DNA of 32,000 nt from Modestobacter marinus (GTDB taxonomy: Bacteria; Actinomycetota; Actinomycetes; Mycobacteriales; Geodermatophilaceae). The translations under genes were made by a program, and so were the position numbers. Numbering within the stretch: position 1 is the stretch's first letter; every line of letters begins with the position of its first letter. This document shows, in pieces, positions 17,874 through 25,492 of this stretch. Location: contig NZ_JABGCH010000002.1 of the NCBI RefSeq assembly GCF_019799945.1, forward strand, positions 294,219 through 326,218. The letters are read 5' to 3'. The notes below the pieces were generated by a model. That model ran no database searches and was not told the DNA's origin. It saw only the letters and a list, made by a program, of their open reading frames with translations.

Positions 17874-18846
17874 GCCGGCCGTCGAGGTCACCGACCTCGT
17901 CGTCCACCACGGGACGACGGCGGCGCTGCGCGGCGTGAGCCTGCAGGTGCTACCGGGCGAGGTGCTGGCGCTGCTGGGGCCCTCCGGCTCGGGCAAGTCC
18001 ACGTTGCTGCACGCGGTGGCCGGGTTCCTGGAACCGACCTCCGGCGTCGTCCGGCTGGGCGGGCGGACGGTCAGCGGCGCCGGCCGGCCCGTGCCGCCGG
18101 AGCGCCGGGACCTCGCCGTGGTGTTCCAGAACTACGCGCTCTGGCCGCACCTCACCGCGCTGGACACGGTGGCCTACCCGGCGCGCCGCCGCGGGGAGTC
18201 CCGGGCGCAGGCGCGGGCCGAGGGGCGGGCGTTGCTCGGGCGGCTGCACGTCGCCCACCTCGCCGACCGGCGGCCCGCCGAGCTCTCCGGCGGGGAGCAG
18301 CAGCGGGTGGGGCTGGCCCGGGCGCTGGCGCGCCGGCCGGCTGTGTACCTGTTCGACGAGCCCACCGCCCATCTGGACACCCACGTGCGCGGGGTGTTCC
18401 TGGAGGAGCTGGCGAGCCGGCGGCGGGAGAGCGGGGCGGCCGCCGTGTACGCCACGCACGACGCGGAGGAGGCGCTCGGGCTGGCCGACCGGGTCGCGCT
18501 GCTGGACGCCGGCCGGCTGGTGCAGGTCGGCACGCCGGAGCAGGTCTACGCCCAGCCGGTGGACGCGTTCGCCGCCCGGCTCACCGGCCCCGCGTCGGTG
18601 ATCGACGCCCCCGACGGGTCCGGTGAGCTGCTGGTGCGCCTGGGGTGGGCCCGCCTGGGTGGGCCGCTGGAGGGGAAGGTGCGCGGGAGCTGGTTCCGCG
18701 GCCCGCACACCGACCACCTGGTCGACACCCCGCTCGGTGAGCTGCTGATCCGGGAGTCCGGTGGCGCCTGCCGGCCGGTCGGCGAGCGGATCCGCTGGAC
18801 GCTGCTGCACGGCTGGTCCCTGCCGGGGCACGACGGACGAGGGTGA
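17863..18846 (+). CDS. ABC transporter ATP-binding protein
   Basis: Walker A GPSGSGKST, signature LSGGEQQR, Walker B VYLFDEP, and a C-terminal TOBE-like tail. Overlaps the permease stop by 11 nt. Confidence 0.9.
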   Translation: MSAEPAVEVTDLVVHHGTTAALRGVSLQVLPGEVLALLGPSGSGKSTLLHAVAGFLEPTSGVVRLGGRTVSGAGRPVPPERRDLAVVFQNYALWPHLTALDTVAYPARRRGESRAQARAEGRALLGRLHVAHLADRRPAELSGGEQQRVGLARALARRPAVYLFDEPTAHLDTHVRGVFLEELASRRRESGAAAVYATHDAEEALGLADRVALLDAGRLVQVGTPEQVYAQPVDAFAARLTGPASVIDAPDGSGELLVRLGWARLGGPLEGKVRGSWFRGPHTDHLVDTPLGELLIRESGGACRPVGERIRWTLLHGWSLPGHDGRG

Positions 18847-18866
18847 TCGCATCGGGCCGACGGCGT

Positions 18867-18906
18867 CGGCCACCACCCCACGACCGTGCTCGTGGGGTGG
18901 TGGCCG
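18867..18906. terminator. Bidirectional terminator-like hairpin between convergent genes
   Basis: GGCCACCACCCCACGA (18868-83) and TCGTGGGGTGGTGGCC (18890-905) form a perfect 16-bp stem with a 6-nt loop, plus one flanking C:G pair. Confidence 0.6.
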
Positions 18907-18936
18907 GACGCAGGTGCCCCGGGGGCCGCCTCCGGA

Positions 18937-19788
18937 TCAGGCGTACACGCGCTCCGCTGCGGCTGTGGCGTCCGACTCGAGTGGCAGGACCCCGCGCAGG
19001 AATGCCTCGAGGACGTCGGTGAACGCCTCGGGGTTGTCCAGGTTGCTCGCGTGGCCCGCGCCGGGGATCTCGGCGTAGTGGGCCAGCGCGTCCCGTCGCG
19101 CCCACGCCCGGCTGCCGCGGGCGACGTCGCCGATGCCGTCGAGCTCGCCGCAGACCAGGAGCGTCGGCACCGGCAGGCGGTAGTTCGGGTCGGGCCGAAG
19201 GGCGTCCGTGAGGAGCGAGGCGAGGATGCCGACGGTCTCGTGGTTGGACCGGTGGCGGTTCGCGTCGAGCGCGTACTGCTGCACCTTCGGTTGGATGGCG
19301 GTCGCTCGCGCGGCTCGCTGCGCGAACGCGGCCCCTTCGACCGCCGCCTGGGCATGCAACGCGGCGACGCTCATCCACGCCTCCATAGGGTGACGCGCCG
19401 CGGTGTTGCAGGTGGCGTCGGCGATCACCATGGCCCGGACGCGGGGGTTGCCCCTGCCCACCAGCACCTGGGCGATGTTTCCGCCCAGGCTGTGCCCCAC
19501 CAGCACGATCCGGTCCGCGGGGAGGACCTCCAGCAGTGCCTCGACGTCGTGCACGGCGGCCGCGAAGTCGAACCTGCCGGTGGACGCGCCGTGGCTCCGC
19601 AGATCCGGGGTCACGATCGGGAAGCGGTCCTGCAGGGCCTCGACCTGGGGGGCCCAGGCGTGGTGGTCGAGGGTGGCGCCGTGGAGCAGGACCAAGGTGG
19701 GACGGGTGGTCGGCGCCGCCGGTTGACTGGTCCAGTAGCGGAGAGTGGCGTCGGGGCGTTCAAGAGCATGCGACGAGCGGATTGTCAT
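18937..19788 (-). CDS. Alpha/beta-fold hydrolase
   Basis: 283 aa with oxyanion region VLLHGAT and nucleophile elbow GHSLGG. Confidence 0.85.
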   Translation of the reverse strand: MTIRSSHALERPDATLRYWTSQPAAPTTRPTLVLLHGATLDHHAWAPQVEALQDRFPIVTPDLRSHGASTGRFDFAAAVHDVEALLEVLPADRIVLVGHSLGGNIAQVLVGRGNPRVRAMVIADATCNTAARHPMEAWMSVAALHAQAAVEGAAFAQRAARATAIQPKVQQYALDANRHRSNHETVGILASLLTDALRPDPNYRLPVPTLLVCGELDGIGDVARGSRAWARRDALAHYAEIPGAGHASNLDNPEAFTDVLEAFLRGVLPLESDATAAAERVYA

Positions 19789-20208
19789 GTGTCCCTAACC
19801 GGGGGAAATGGGGATTCGCGGCGGCAGAACGTCGTCGTCTCACCCGCTGCAGAAGAGGCACGTGGTTGAACCCGCTACTTGCCGTTAACTATCCCAAGCG
19901 TAGAGCGATCAAACGGTTTCTCCCATAGGACGGCCATCACAGCCGCCGACGAGGCGCGCGGCCGCCGGCAGGCGAGGCTCTGGCGTGCGGGGTCATGCGT
20001 CCGGCCGCTTCCTCGAGTGGCGGAGCTCACGGCGAGGCGAGGACGCACTGCCGCCGAAGACATCCGCCCGCCGTGCCCTCGAGTGGGCAACGCGAGGCGT
20101 CTGCGGCGGCCGATCCGACGACTCAGGGGACATCGCTTCGACCGGCCCGACGCACCGCGACGGCGGGGTTCAGGCCGGGCCGGGAGGACGACCGCGGCGA
20201 AGGGACCG

Positions 20209-20436
20209 CTACTCGCTCGGCTGCGGGAGCGAGGGGCACTCGACCTGCGGATTGACGCCGAGGTAGTTCAGCGGCCCCGCCACGATCGTGATGATGATCG
20301 TGCTCGTCGAGGCGCAACTGGTGTCGCCGCTGGTGAAGTAGCCACGCTGGCCGGCCGCGAGCGCGCCGATGGCCAGCCAGACCAGCAGCAGGATCATCCC
20401 GATGCTGGTCCCCCGCCTGGACCTCGTTGTCCTCAT
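20209..20436 (-). CDS. Small membrane protein (1 N-terminal TM, 2 Cys), hypothetical
   Basis: 75 aa from ATG 20436: MRTTRSRRGTSIGMILLLVWLAIGALAAGQRGYF...GPLNYLGVNPQVEC. Last gene on the hydrogenase strand. Confidence 0.55.
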   Translation of the reverse strand: MRTTRSRRGTSIGMILLLVWLAIGALAAGQRGYFTSGDTSCASTSTIIITIVAGPLNYLGVNPQVECPSLPQPSE

Positions 20437-20560
20437 GCGTGCTCCACTACCCCACGGCGACGTCCGCCACGCCGATCCGCACAACTGGAGACGTCCCGTC
20501 CCCCTGGGTCCTGTACCTGCTCGACGAGCAGGCGACGGACTGCACGGGTCGCTCGAGGCC

Positions 20561-21346
20561 TCAGCCGAGCAGAGCGGGCACCACGGACCGGGTGGCGCGG
20601 TCGTTGACGATCGCCAGGTGCCGCCGGGTGTACCCCTCCAGCCGCGCGACCTGCGGCGCGGTCAGCCGGTCGCAGATCCACTCCCAGTGCAGCGACACCC
20701 AGTCACCGGCCTGCACCGAGCCGGCCAGCCCGACGCCGTCGACCGACCGCACCGCCGTCTCGGCCTGCGGCGGGCCGAGACCCAACGTCTGCCCGTCCCA
20801 GGTCAGCGGACGGCTCTCCACCACGGCGTGGTCGCCCGCGACGCTCAGCACCCGGCCCCAGCGGATCCGGCACCGGTCCAGCACGGTCAGCGCCTGCGGC
20901 GCCTTGCGCCGGTCGGTCAGCAGCCCCGTGTAGGGGTAGATGCAGAAGACGGCGAAGCTGTGGTGCGGCACTCCCCCGGCCAGCACGCCCTCGGTGATGC
21001 TGCCGAACCGGGCACCGGTCATGCACCGGAAGCGGTCCTCCATCGAGTCGCCGACCGCGCGAGTGCCCACCCGGTCCAGCCGGGGCGTGCCGATCCAGTA
21101 CGCCTCCACCACCCGGCGGTCCAGCGGGTCGGGCAGACCCGTCGCCCCGGCGATCAGCTCCAGGTACGGCCACGCCCCGGCGAACTGCCGCGCCATCGCC
21201 CGCAGCCCGCCGTCGTCCCGCCCGGCGACGCCGTACTCGAACAGCCCGCCGGAGTCGGCCGGCCCGCAGAACCCGTGGGAGTTGGGCGGGAACGCATACC
21301 GGGCGAACAGCACCGGGCCGGGGACGGCGGGTCGCAGCCCGGCCAC
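20561..21346 (-). CDS. Hydrogenase-cluster-associated protein (I recall the family as DUF6390) with a HypC-like C-terminal domain
   Basis: 261 aa. GTG 21346 lies 1 nt after the hypC stop. N-terminal FPPNSHGFCGP. The C-terminal approx 75 aa (CRIRWGRVLSVAGDHAVVE...AGDWVSLHWEW) parallel HypC. Confidence 0.8.
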   Translation of the reverse strand: MAGLRPAVPGPVLFARYAFPPNSHGFCGPADSGGLFEYGVAGRDDGGLRAMARQFAGAWPYLELIAGATGLPDPLDRRVVEAYWIGTPRLDRVGTRAVGDSMEDRFRCMTGARFGSITEGVLAGGVPHHSFAVFCIYPYTGLLTDRRKAPQALTVLDRCRIRWGRVLSVAGDHAVVESRPLTWDGQTLGLGPPQAETAVRSVDGVGLAGSVQAGDWVSLHWEWICDRLTAPQVARLEGYTRRHLAIVNDRATRSVVPALLG

Positions 21347-21347
21347 G

Positions 21348-21602
21348 TCACTCGACCTGCTCCCCGGGGTCGCGGGCGCGGCCCATCAGCTCCAGGCCGC
21401 TCATCGCCTGCCCGGCCCCCGCCGCGTCGGTGGTCTCGACGGCGAAGCCCATGTGGATGAGCACCCACTGACCCGCCTGCGGCGGCTCGTCGAGCAGCCC
21501 GATGTTGACCCTGCGCGCCGCCCCCTCCACCTCGACGAGGGCGAGCTGGTCGCCGAAGCCCGGCACCATGCCGACCACCCGCCCGGGGATCCCGAGGCAC
21601 AC
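21348..21602 (-). CDS. hypC: HypC/HupF-family [NiFe]-hydrogenase assembly chaperone
   Basis: 84 aa with the hallmark N-terminus (M)CLGIPGRVV and GQWVLIHMGFAV. GTG start. Confidence 0.93.
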   Translation of the reverse strand: MCLGIPGRVVGMVPGFGDQLALVEVEGAARRVNIGLLDEPPQAGQWVLIHMGFAVETTDAAGAGQAMSGLELMGRARDPGEQVE

Positions 21603-21603
21603 C

Positions 21604-22098
21604 TCAGCCCACCTCCGTCGGCCGGCGGTTCCCGGCCACCACGGCCCGCACCGTCTCCACGGCCACCGGGACGGCGGCCGCGACCGGCGGGGTCAACCCC
21701 ATGCCCTCGCCGGTGTCGGCGACCTGGCAGCCGACCAGCAGGGTCCGCTCGGGAAGCCGGCCACCGAGCGCCGCCAGGGTGGCGAGCACGGTGGCGGGGT
21801 CCATGCCGTGGGCGTCGATCGCGGCGTGCCCGCCGTCGTCCGCCAGGATCTCCACCAGGGCCACGGTCCCGACCGCACCCCGGTCGGGCACCGCGTCCAC
21901 CAGGACGACGGTGTCCCACGGGTCCACCAGGTCGTAGGACAGGTGCAGCCCGCGGATGCCGTAGTCGACCACCCGGACGCCGTCGGGCCAGGACAGCCCG
22001 GCCAGTCGCCGGGCCACCTCCGGACCGAATCCGTCGTCGGTGCAGAAGACGTTCCCGATGCCGGCGACCAGCACCCGGGCTGCCGCGGGAGCCGCCAC
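21604..22098 (-). CDS. hupD: [NiFe]-hydrogenase maturation endopeptidase (HyaD/HupD family)
   Basis: 164 aa with VLVAGIGNVFCTDDGFG, VVLVDAV and DAHGMDP (metal-binding Asp/His pattern). Confidence 0.9.
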   Translation of the reverse strand: MAAPAAARVLVAGIGNVFCTDDGFGPEVARRLAGLSWPDGVRVVDYGIRGLHLSYDLVDPWDTVVLVDAVPDRGAVGTVALVEILADDGGHAAIDAHGMDPATVLATLAALGGRLPERTLLVGCQVADTGEGMGLTPPVAAAVPVAVETVRAVVAGNRRPTEVG

Positions 22099-22446
22099 CT
22101 ACGACTCTCCCCCGTACTCCTCGAAGTCCTCCTCGCCGGCGTCCTCACCGCGCGGAGTGCCGGGGTGGTGGGCCGGTCCGACCGACGCCGGGCCGGGGAC
22201 GCCGCCGGATGCCCCCTCGGCCGGCTGCTCCTCGGCCGGTGAGGCGACCGCGCCGCGGGGCGTGTCGGCCGGCTCGGGTGCCTTGCGCTGGGCGCTCTCG
22301 ACCGGCCCGGTCGCGCCGCCGACGGTCACCCCGCCGCGGTGCATCGCCTGCTCGTCGGCGACGTCGGCGCTCTCCCGGCGACCCTCGTAGGGCGGCAGCA
22401 CCCGGCCCTCGACGTCCGTCGGGCCCGGGTCGGGTGTGTTGGTCAT
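22099..22446 (-). CDS. Hypothetical acidic, intrinsically disordered protein (115 aa)
   Basis: ATG 22446 follows GGAG. Third-codon positions are almost all G/C, supporting coding. Pro/Gly/Glu-rich with an acidic tail EEDFEEYGGES. Abuts the protease start. Confidence 0.6.
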   Translation of the reverse strand: MTNTPDPGPTDVEGRVLPPYEGRRESADVADEQAMHRGGVTVGGATGPVESAQRKAPEPADTPRGAVASPAEEQPAEGASGGVPGPASVGPAHHPGTPRGEDAGEEDFEEYGGES

Positions 22447-22472
22447 CCGTACTCCGTCCGTGGTGCCGGTCG

Positions 22473-22730
22473 TCAGCCGGCCTGGTCGCCGGTCGGCAGG
22501 TCCGGAGCGCCGGGCTGGGCTCCCTGCGGGTCGACCGTCGTGTCGGTGTCCTCGGCCGGCCGGCCGCTGGGCCGGTCGACCGGCCCGCCGGCGGGCTCGT
22601 CGGAGCCGGTGTCCCGCGAGCCGGGAGCGCCGCGGGCGGACTGCGACTCCTCCTGCAGCTGGGTGCCCGGGTCGGTGCCGTCATCGGCGTCGACGATGTC
22701 CCGTCCTCGTCCGGTCATGGCCGCGCTCAC
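22473..22730 (-). CDS. Hypothetical acidic, intrinsically disordered protein (85 aa)
   Basis: GTG 22730 overlaps the upstream stop (GTGA); ATG 22718 is an alternative start. High GC3, Asp/Gly/Pro-rich, no hydrophobic core. Confidence 0.5.
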   Translation of the reverse strand: MSAAMTGRGRDIVDADDGTDPGTQLQEESQSARGAPGSRDTGSDEPAGGPVDRPSGRPAEDTDTTVDPQGAQPGAPDLPTGDQAG

Positions 22731-22846
22731 ATCCGCCGCATGGACAGGTAGCGCTTCACGTCCGGCACCGATCGGATGCCGATGACCACGGCTCCGGCCA
22801 CGGCCACGCTCAGCAGCGCGGTCGTGAGCATGCCGATCACTCTCAC
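22727..22846 (-). CDS. Tiny single-TM protein (34-39 aa; I recall similar ones as DUF6893 small proteins)
   Basis: (VRVIG)MLTTALLSVAVAGAVVIGIRSVPDVKRYLSMRRM. GAGGAG lies 8 nt before GTG 22846, which overlaps the upstream stop (GTGA). ATG 22831 is an alternative start. Confidence 0.6.
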   Translation of the reverse strand: MRVIGMLTTALLSVAVAGAVVIGIRSVPDVKRYLSMRRM

Positions 22847-24174
22847 GGCGGGGTCTCCTCTCGCTGGTCGACGTCCGGTGTCCCGACGAGGGGTTCGAGC
22901 TCGTCGGGGGCGAAGTACAGGTGGCGGCCGTACCAGTCGTGCAGCTCTGCCGCGGGGTCGTCGTCGACGGTGACGGCGACGTGCGTCGCGCCGTCGAGGT
23001 CGACGTGGACGGCGCTGACGGCGGCCTCCCGACCGGCGAGGAACATGTCCTGGGCGTCGGCCCGCCGCGACGGGCGCAGCCGTACCCGGCTGCCCCGCGC
23101 GATGCGCACCCCGGCGACCAGCACCGCGTCGGTCTCCGGCGAGACCGGCGCCGCGGCCTCCGCGGCCCACCAGTCGTCGCCGGTCAGGGCCGGGTGCGGG
23201 TCGCGGAGGATGCCGTGCAGGCGCTGGAGCTCCACCGGGGTCAGCCGGTCGCAGCGGTCGATGATGGTCGCGGCCCGGGGGTCGGTGGCCCGGGCCGCCG
23301 CCTTCTCCTCCTCGGTCAGCGTCATCACCCGCAGGGTGAGGATCTCGTCGATCTCGGTGGAGTCGAACAGCGCCCCGGCGCTCTCCGGGGCCACCGCCGG
23401 GTGGTCGTACAGGATGATCGGCGAGGCCAGCACCACCTCGGACTCCTGACCGCCGCCGCCGGCGAGCACCGGCCAGCAGCGGTGCTGACGGCAGCGTCCC
23501 GCGGCCGCCCGCGCGTCCGCCGGCGGGTCGAGCAGCGAGACGAACCGCGCTCCCCCGGCCACCAGCAGCAGGTGCGCGCCGAGCAGCGACGAGGCCAGCG
23601 CCGCGTCCCGGTCCGCGACCCGGTCCCCGGTGTTGGCCACCCGGACCTCCAGCCGCAGCAGCGGGCCGTCGTCGTCCGCGCGCAGGGAGACCGCCGCCCG
23701 CAGCGGCCCGCGCCGCCGGACCAGCCGGCCGCCCGGCACCGGCTCGACGTCCTCGCCGCCGGGCACGAGGACGGTCCGGTCGACCCCCCGGCGCAGCTCG
23801 TCCACGGGCACCGGGCCGAGCTCCCGCTCGACCGCGACCGCCTCGTCCCAGGTCGTCCACACCCGGTCGCCGGCCCGCAGCTCGCCGACCTCCTCGACGG
23901 TGCCGTCCGCGTGGGCCCGCTCGGCCTGCCGGCGCTGCAGCTGGAGGCAGCGCAGGTGCACGGTCACCGTCACCGGGCCGGGCCCGGCGCGCAGCAGGCA
24001 CTGGACGGCGAGGTCCGGTTCCTCTCCCACCCCGGCCTCGGCGGCTCCCGGCGGGCCGAGCACGCCGAACTGCCACCGCACCTGGTTCTTGGCCGCCGTG
24101 GACCGGTAGGGGTACAGCAGGTACCCCTCGTAGAGGACGGCGTCCGCGGCGAGCCGCGCCAGCGCGAGGGTCAT
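22843..24174 (-). CDS. Conserved-looking hypothetical protein, 443 aa (hydrogenase-cluster orphan)
   Basis: ATG 24174 overlaps the upstream stop (ATGA). Starts MTLALARLAADAVLYEGYLLYPYR. I recognise no motif. The upstream part of track ORF 22843..24948 is another gene's antisense or overlap. Confidence 0.75.
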   Translation of the reverse strand: MTLALARLAADAVLYEGYLLYPYRSTAAKNQVRWQFGVLGPPGAAEAGVGEEPDLAVQCLLRAGPGPVTVTVHLRCLQLQRRQAERAHADGTVEEVGELRAGDRVWTTWDEAVAVERELGPVPVDELRRGVDRTVLVPGGEDVEPVPGGRLVRRRGPLRAAVSLRADDDGPLLRLEVRVANTGDRVADRDAALASSLLGAHLLLVAGGARFVSLLDPPADARAAAGRCRQHRCWPVLAGGGGQESEVVLASPIILYDHPAVAPESAGALFDSTEIDEILTLRVMTLTEEEKAAARATDPRAATIIDRCDRLTPVELQRLHGILRDPHPALTGDDWWAAEAAAPVSPETDAVLVAGVRIARGSRVRLRPSRRADAQDMFLAGREAAVSAVHVDLDGATHVAVTVDDDPAAELHDWYGRHLYFAPDELEPLVGTPDVDQREETPP

Positions 24175-24830
24175 GGCCCGGCCGGCTCCCCCGCCGGCTG
24201 CCCGGCCTCGGCGAGCAGCGTGGTCACGACGTCGTCCCAGCTGGTCAGGCCGCGCCGGGACCGGTGCTGCGCGAGGGCGTCGACGGTGTCCCGGCGCATC
24301 CGCACCCACTCGCTGCCCGGGAAGTGCGCCTCCATCAGGTCGCGCCACACCGCGACCGGCAGCCGGTACCGCGCCTCCGCCTCCCAGGACACCGGGGTGA
24401 CGGCGAAGCCGGTGGCGCCGCGGCCGAAGACCGTCCCGCTGAACAGGAACAGCAGCGGCACCTCGCCGTCCCGCAGCCCGTGCAGGTAGGGAGTGCCGGC
24501 GACGTCGAAGTCGTACGTGCACGGCAGGACCAGCTGCAGCTCGGTGGCGCCGGTGAACCCGGGAGCCACGGTGGAGGTGTGCAGCCAGGAGAAGGGCCGC
24601 AGGGTCTGCGCGAACCGCGACCGGTCGCCGAACAGGTCCCGCAGCGCCCGTTCCTCCTCGTCGTCGTAACGCCGTCGCTGCGGCTCGATCCGCACCTGCG
24701 CCCGCAGGGCCAGGGCGTGCACCGGCTCGCCGGTGCCCTCCTCCACCCGGACCCGGGCGAGCAGGTTCGGCGTGACCGCGTACGGCTCGGGCACCACGTC
24801 GAGGACGGCGAAGGACAGCTGCGGGGTCAC
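24171..24830 (-). CDS. Hypothetical protein, 219 aa (I recall the family as DUF6084)
   Basis: GTG 24830 overlaps the upstream stop (GTGA). Starts VTPQLSFAVLDVVPEPYAVTPNL. Globular composition. Confidence 0.75.
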   Translation of the reverse strand: MTPQLSFAVLDVVPEPYAVTPNLLARVRVEEGTGEPVHALALRAQVRIEPQRRRYDDEEERALRDLFGDRSRFAQTLRPFSWLHTSTVAPGFTGATELQLVLPCTYDFDVAGTPYLHGLRDGEVPLLFLFSGTVFGRGATGFAVTPVSWEAEARYRLPVAVWRDLMEAHFPGSEWVRMRRDTVDALAQHRSRRGLTSWDDVVTTLLAEAGQPAGEPAGP

Positions 24831-25492
24831 GGCGCTGCCCCTTCCGCCGCGCGCGTGCTGCGATCGGCCAGGTCGGCGAAGAAGGCGTCGAGCAGGGCGC
24901 GGGCCTCCGAGCCCCCGTCGAACCCGCGCCAGGCCAGCCGGAGGGCACCGGCCAGCTCGTAACAGCGGTCGATCGGCACCACGTGGGCCGCGGTCCCGGC
25001 GCCGTTGCGGTCCGGCATGCGGACGATCAGTGCCTCGACGTCGGGGGCCATCCGCGCGAGCACCGGGTCGGCGGCCACCATCCGGTCCCAGGCGCCCAGC
25101 GGGAGCTCCGACTCGGTGGCCCCGGCCGGGCCGGGGTAGAACGCCACCGTCCGGTGCTCCACCGAGTTGGTGAAGAAGAACGCCAGCCCGACCGGGATCT
25201 CCAGCTCGTCCCACTGGCCGGCCGAGAGCGCGAGGCCGGGCACGGCGAGGTACCGGTCGGGCACCGCGCGGTAGCGCTGCTCGGCGGCCTCGGCGGTGAA
25301 CAGCAGCGCGCACGGGCGGCACGCGCACAGCAGTCCGCGGCCGACCAGGTCCACCACGTGCGGGTGCTGCTCGCCGATCTCCTCGCCGCACATCTCGCAC
25401 CGCTCCCGCGCGGCCGGCGCCGGCCGGTTCGCCCGCACCCGTGCCAGTACGGCGAGCGCATCGGCCCCGGGCCGCGGGCGGGCGCTGGTCAC
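24827..25492 (-). CDS. Hypothetical Cys-motif protein, 221 aa (I recall the family as DUF5947)
   Basis: GTG 25492 overlaps the upstream stop (GTGA). Cys motif C-x2-C-x20-C-x-C-x2-C (CEMCGEEIGEQHPHVVDLVGRGLLCACRPC). Confidence 0.75.
   Translation of the reverse strand: MTSARPRPGADALAVLARVRANRPAPAARERCEMCGEEIGEQHPHVVDLVGRGLLCACRPCALLFTAEAAEQRYRAVPDRYLAVPGLALSAGQWDELEIPVGLAFFFTNSVEHRTVAFYPGPAGATESELPLGAWDRMVAADPVLARMAPDVEALIVRMPDRNGAGTAAHVVPIDRCYELAGALRLAWRGFDGGSEARALLDAFFADLADRSTRAAEGAAP

Noticed and set aside
19800-19900. Possible tRNA or other structured RNA in the AT-richer stretch (GTGGTTGAACCCGC looked faintly T-arm-like).
   Set aside because: I could not fold a cloverleaf. There is no acceptor or anticodon stem complementarity and no GTTCGAATC-type T-loop with a matching 5-bp stem.
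20515-20531. Small hairpin CCTGCTC-gac-GAGCAGG 30 nt after the stop of the DUF6390-like gene, considered as an operon terminator.
   Set aside because: It has only a 7-bp stem, a 3-nt loop and no U-tract. That is too weak to call, and the downstream small membrane gene may be co-transcribed.
19879-20607. 242-aa plus-strand ORF spanning the non-coding gap, and neighbouring 60-90-aa ORFs (19875..20090, 19985..20266, 19995..20255, 20123..20317).
   Set aside because: Arg-rich and motif-free. It runs antisense across the small membrane protein gene and into the next gene, with no RBS or start context.
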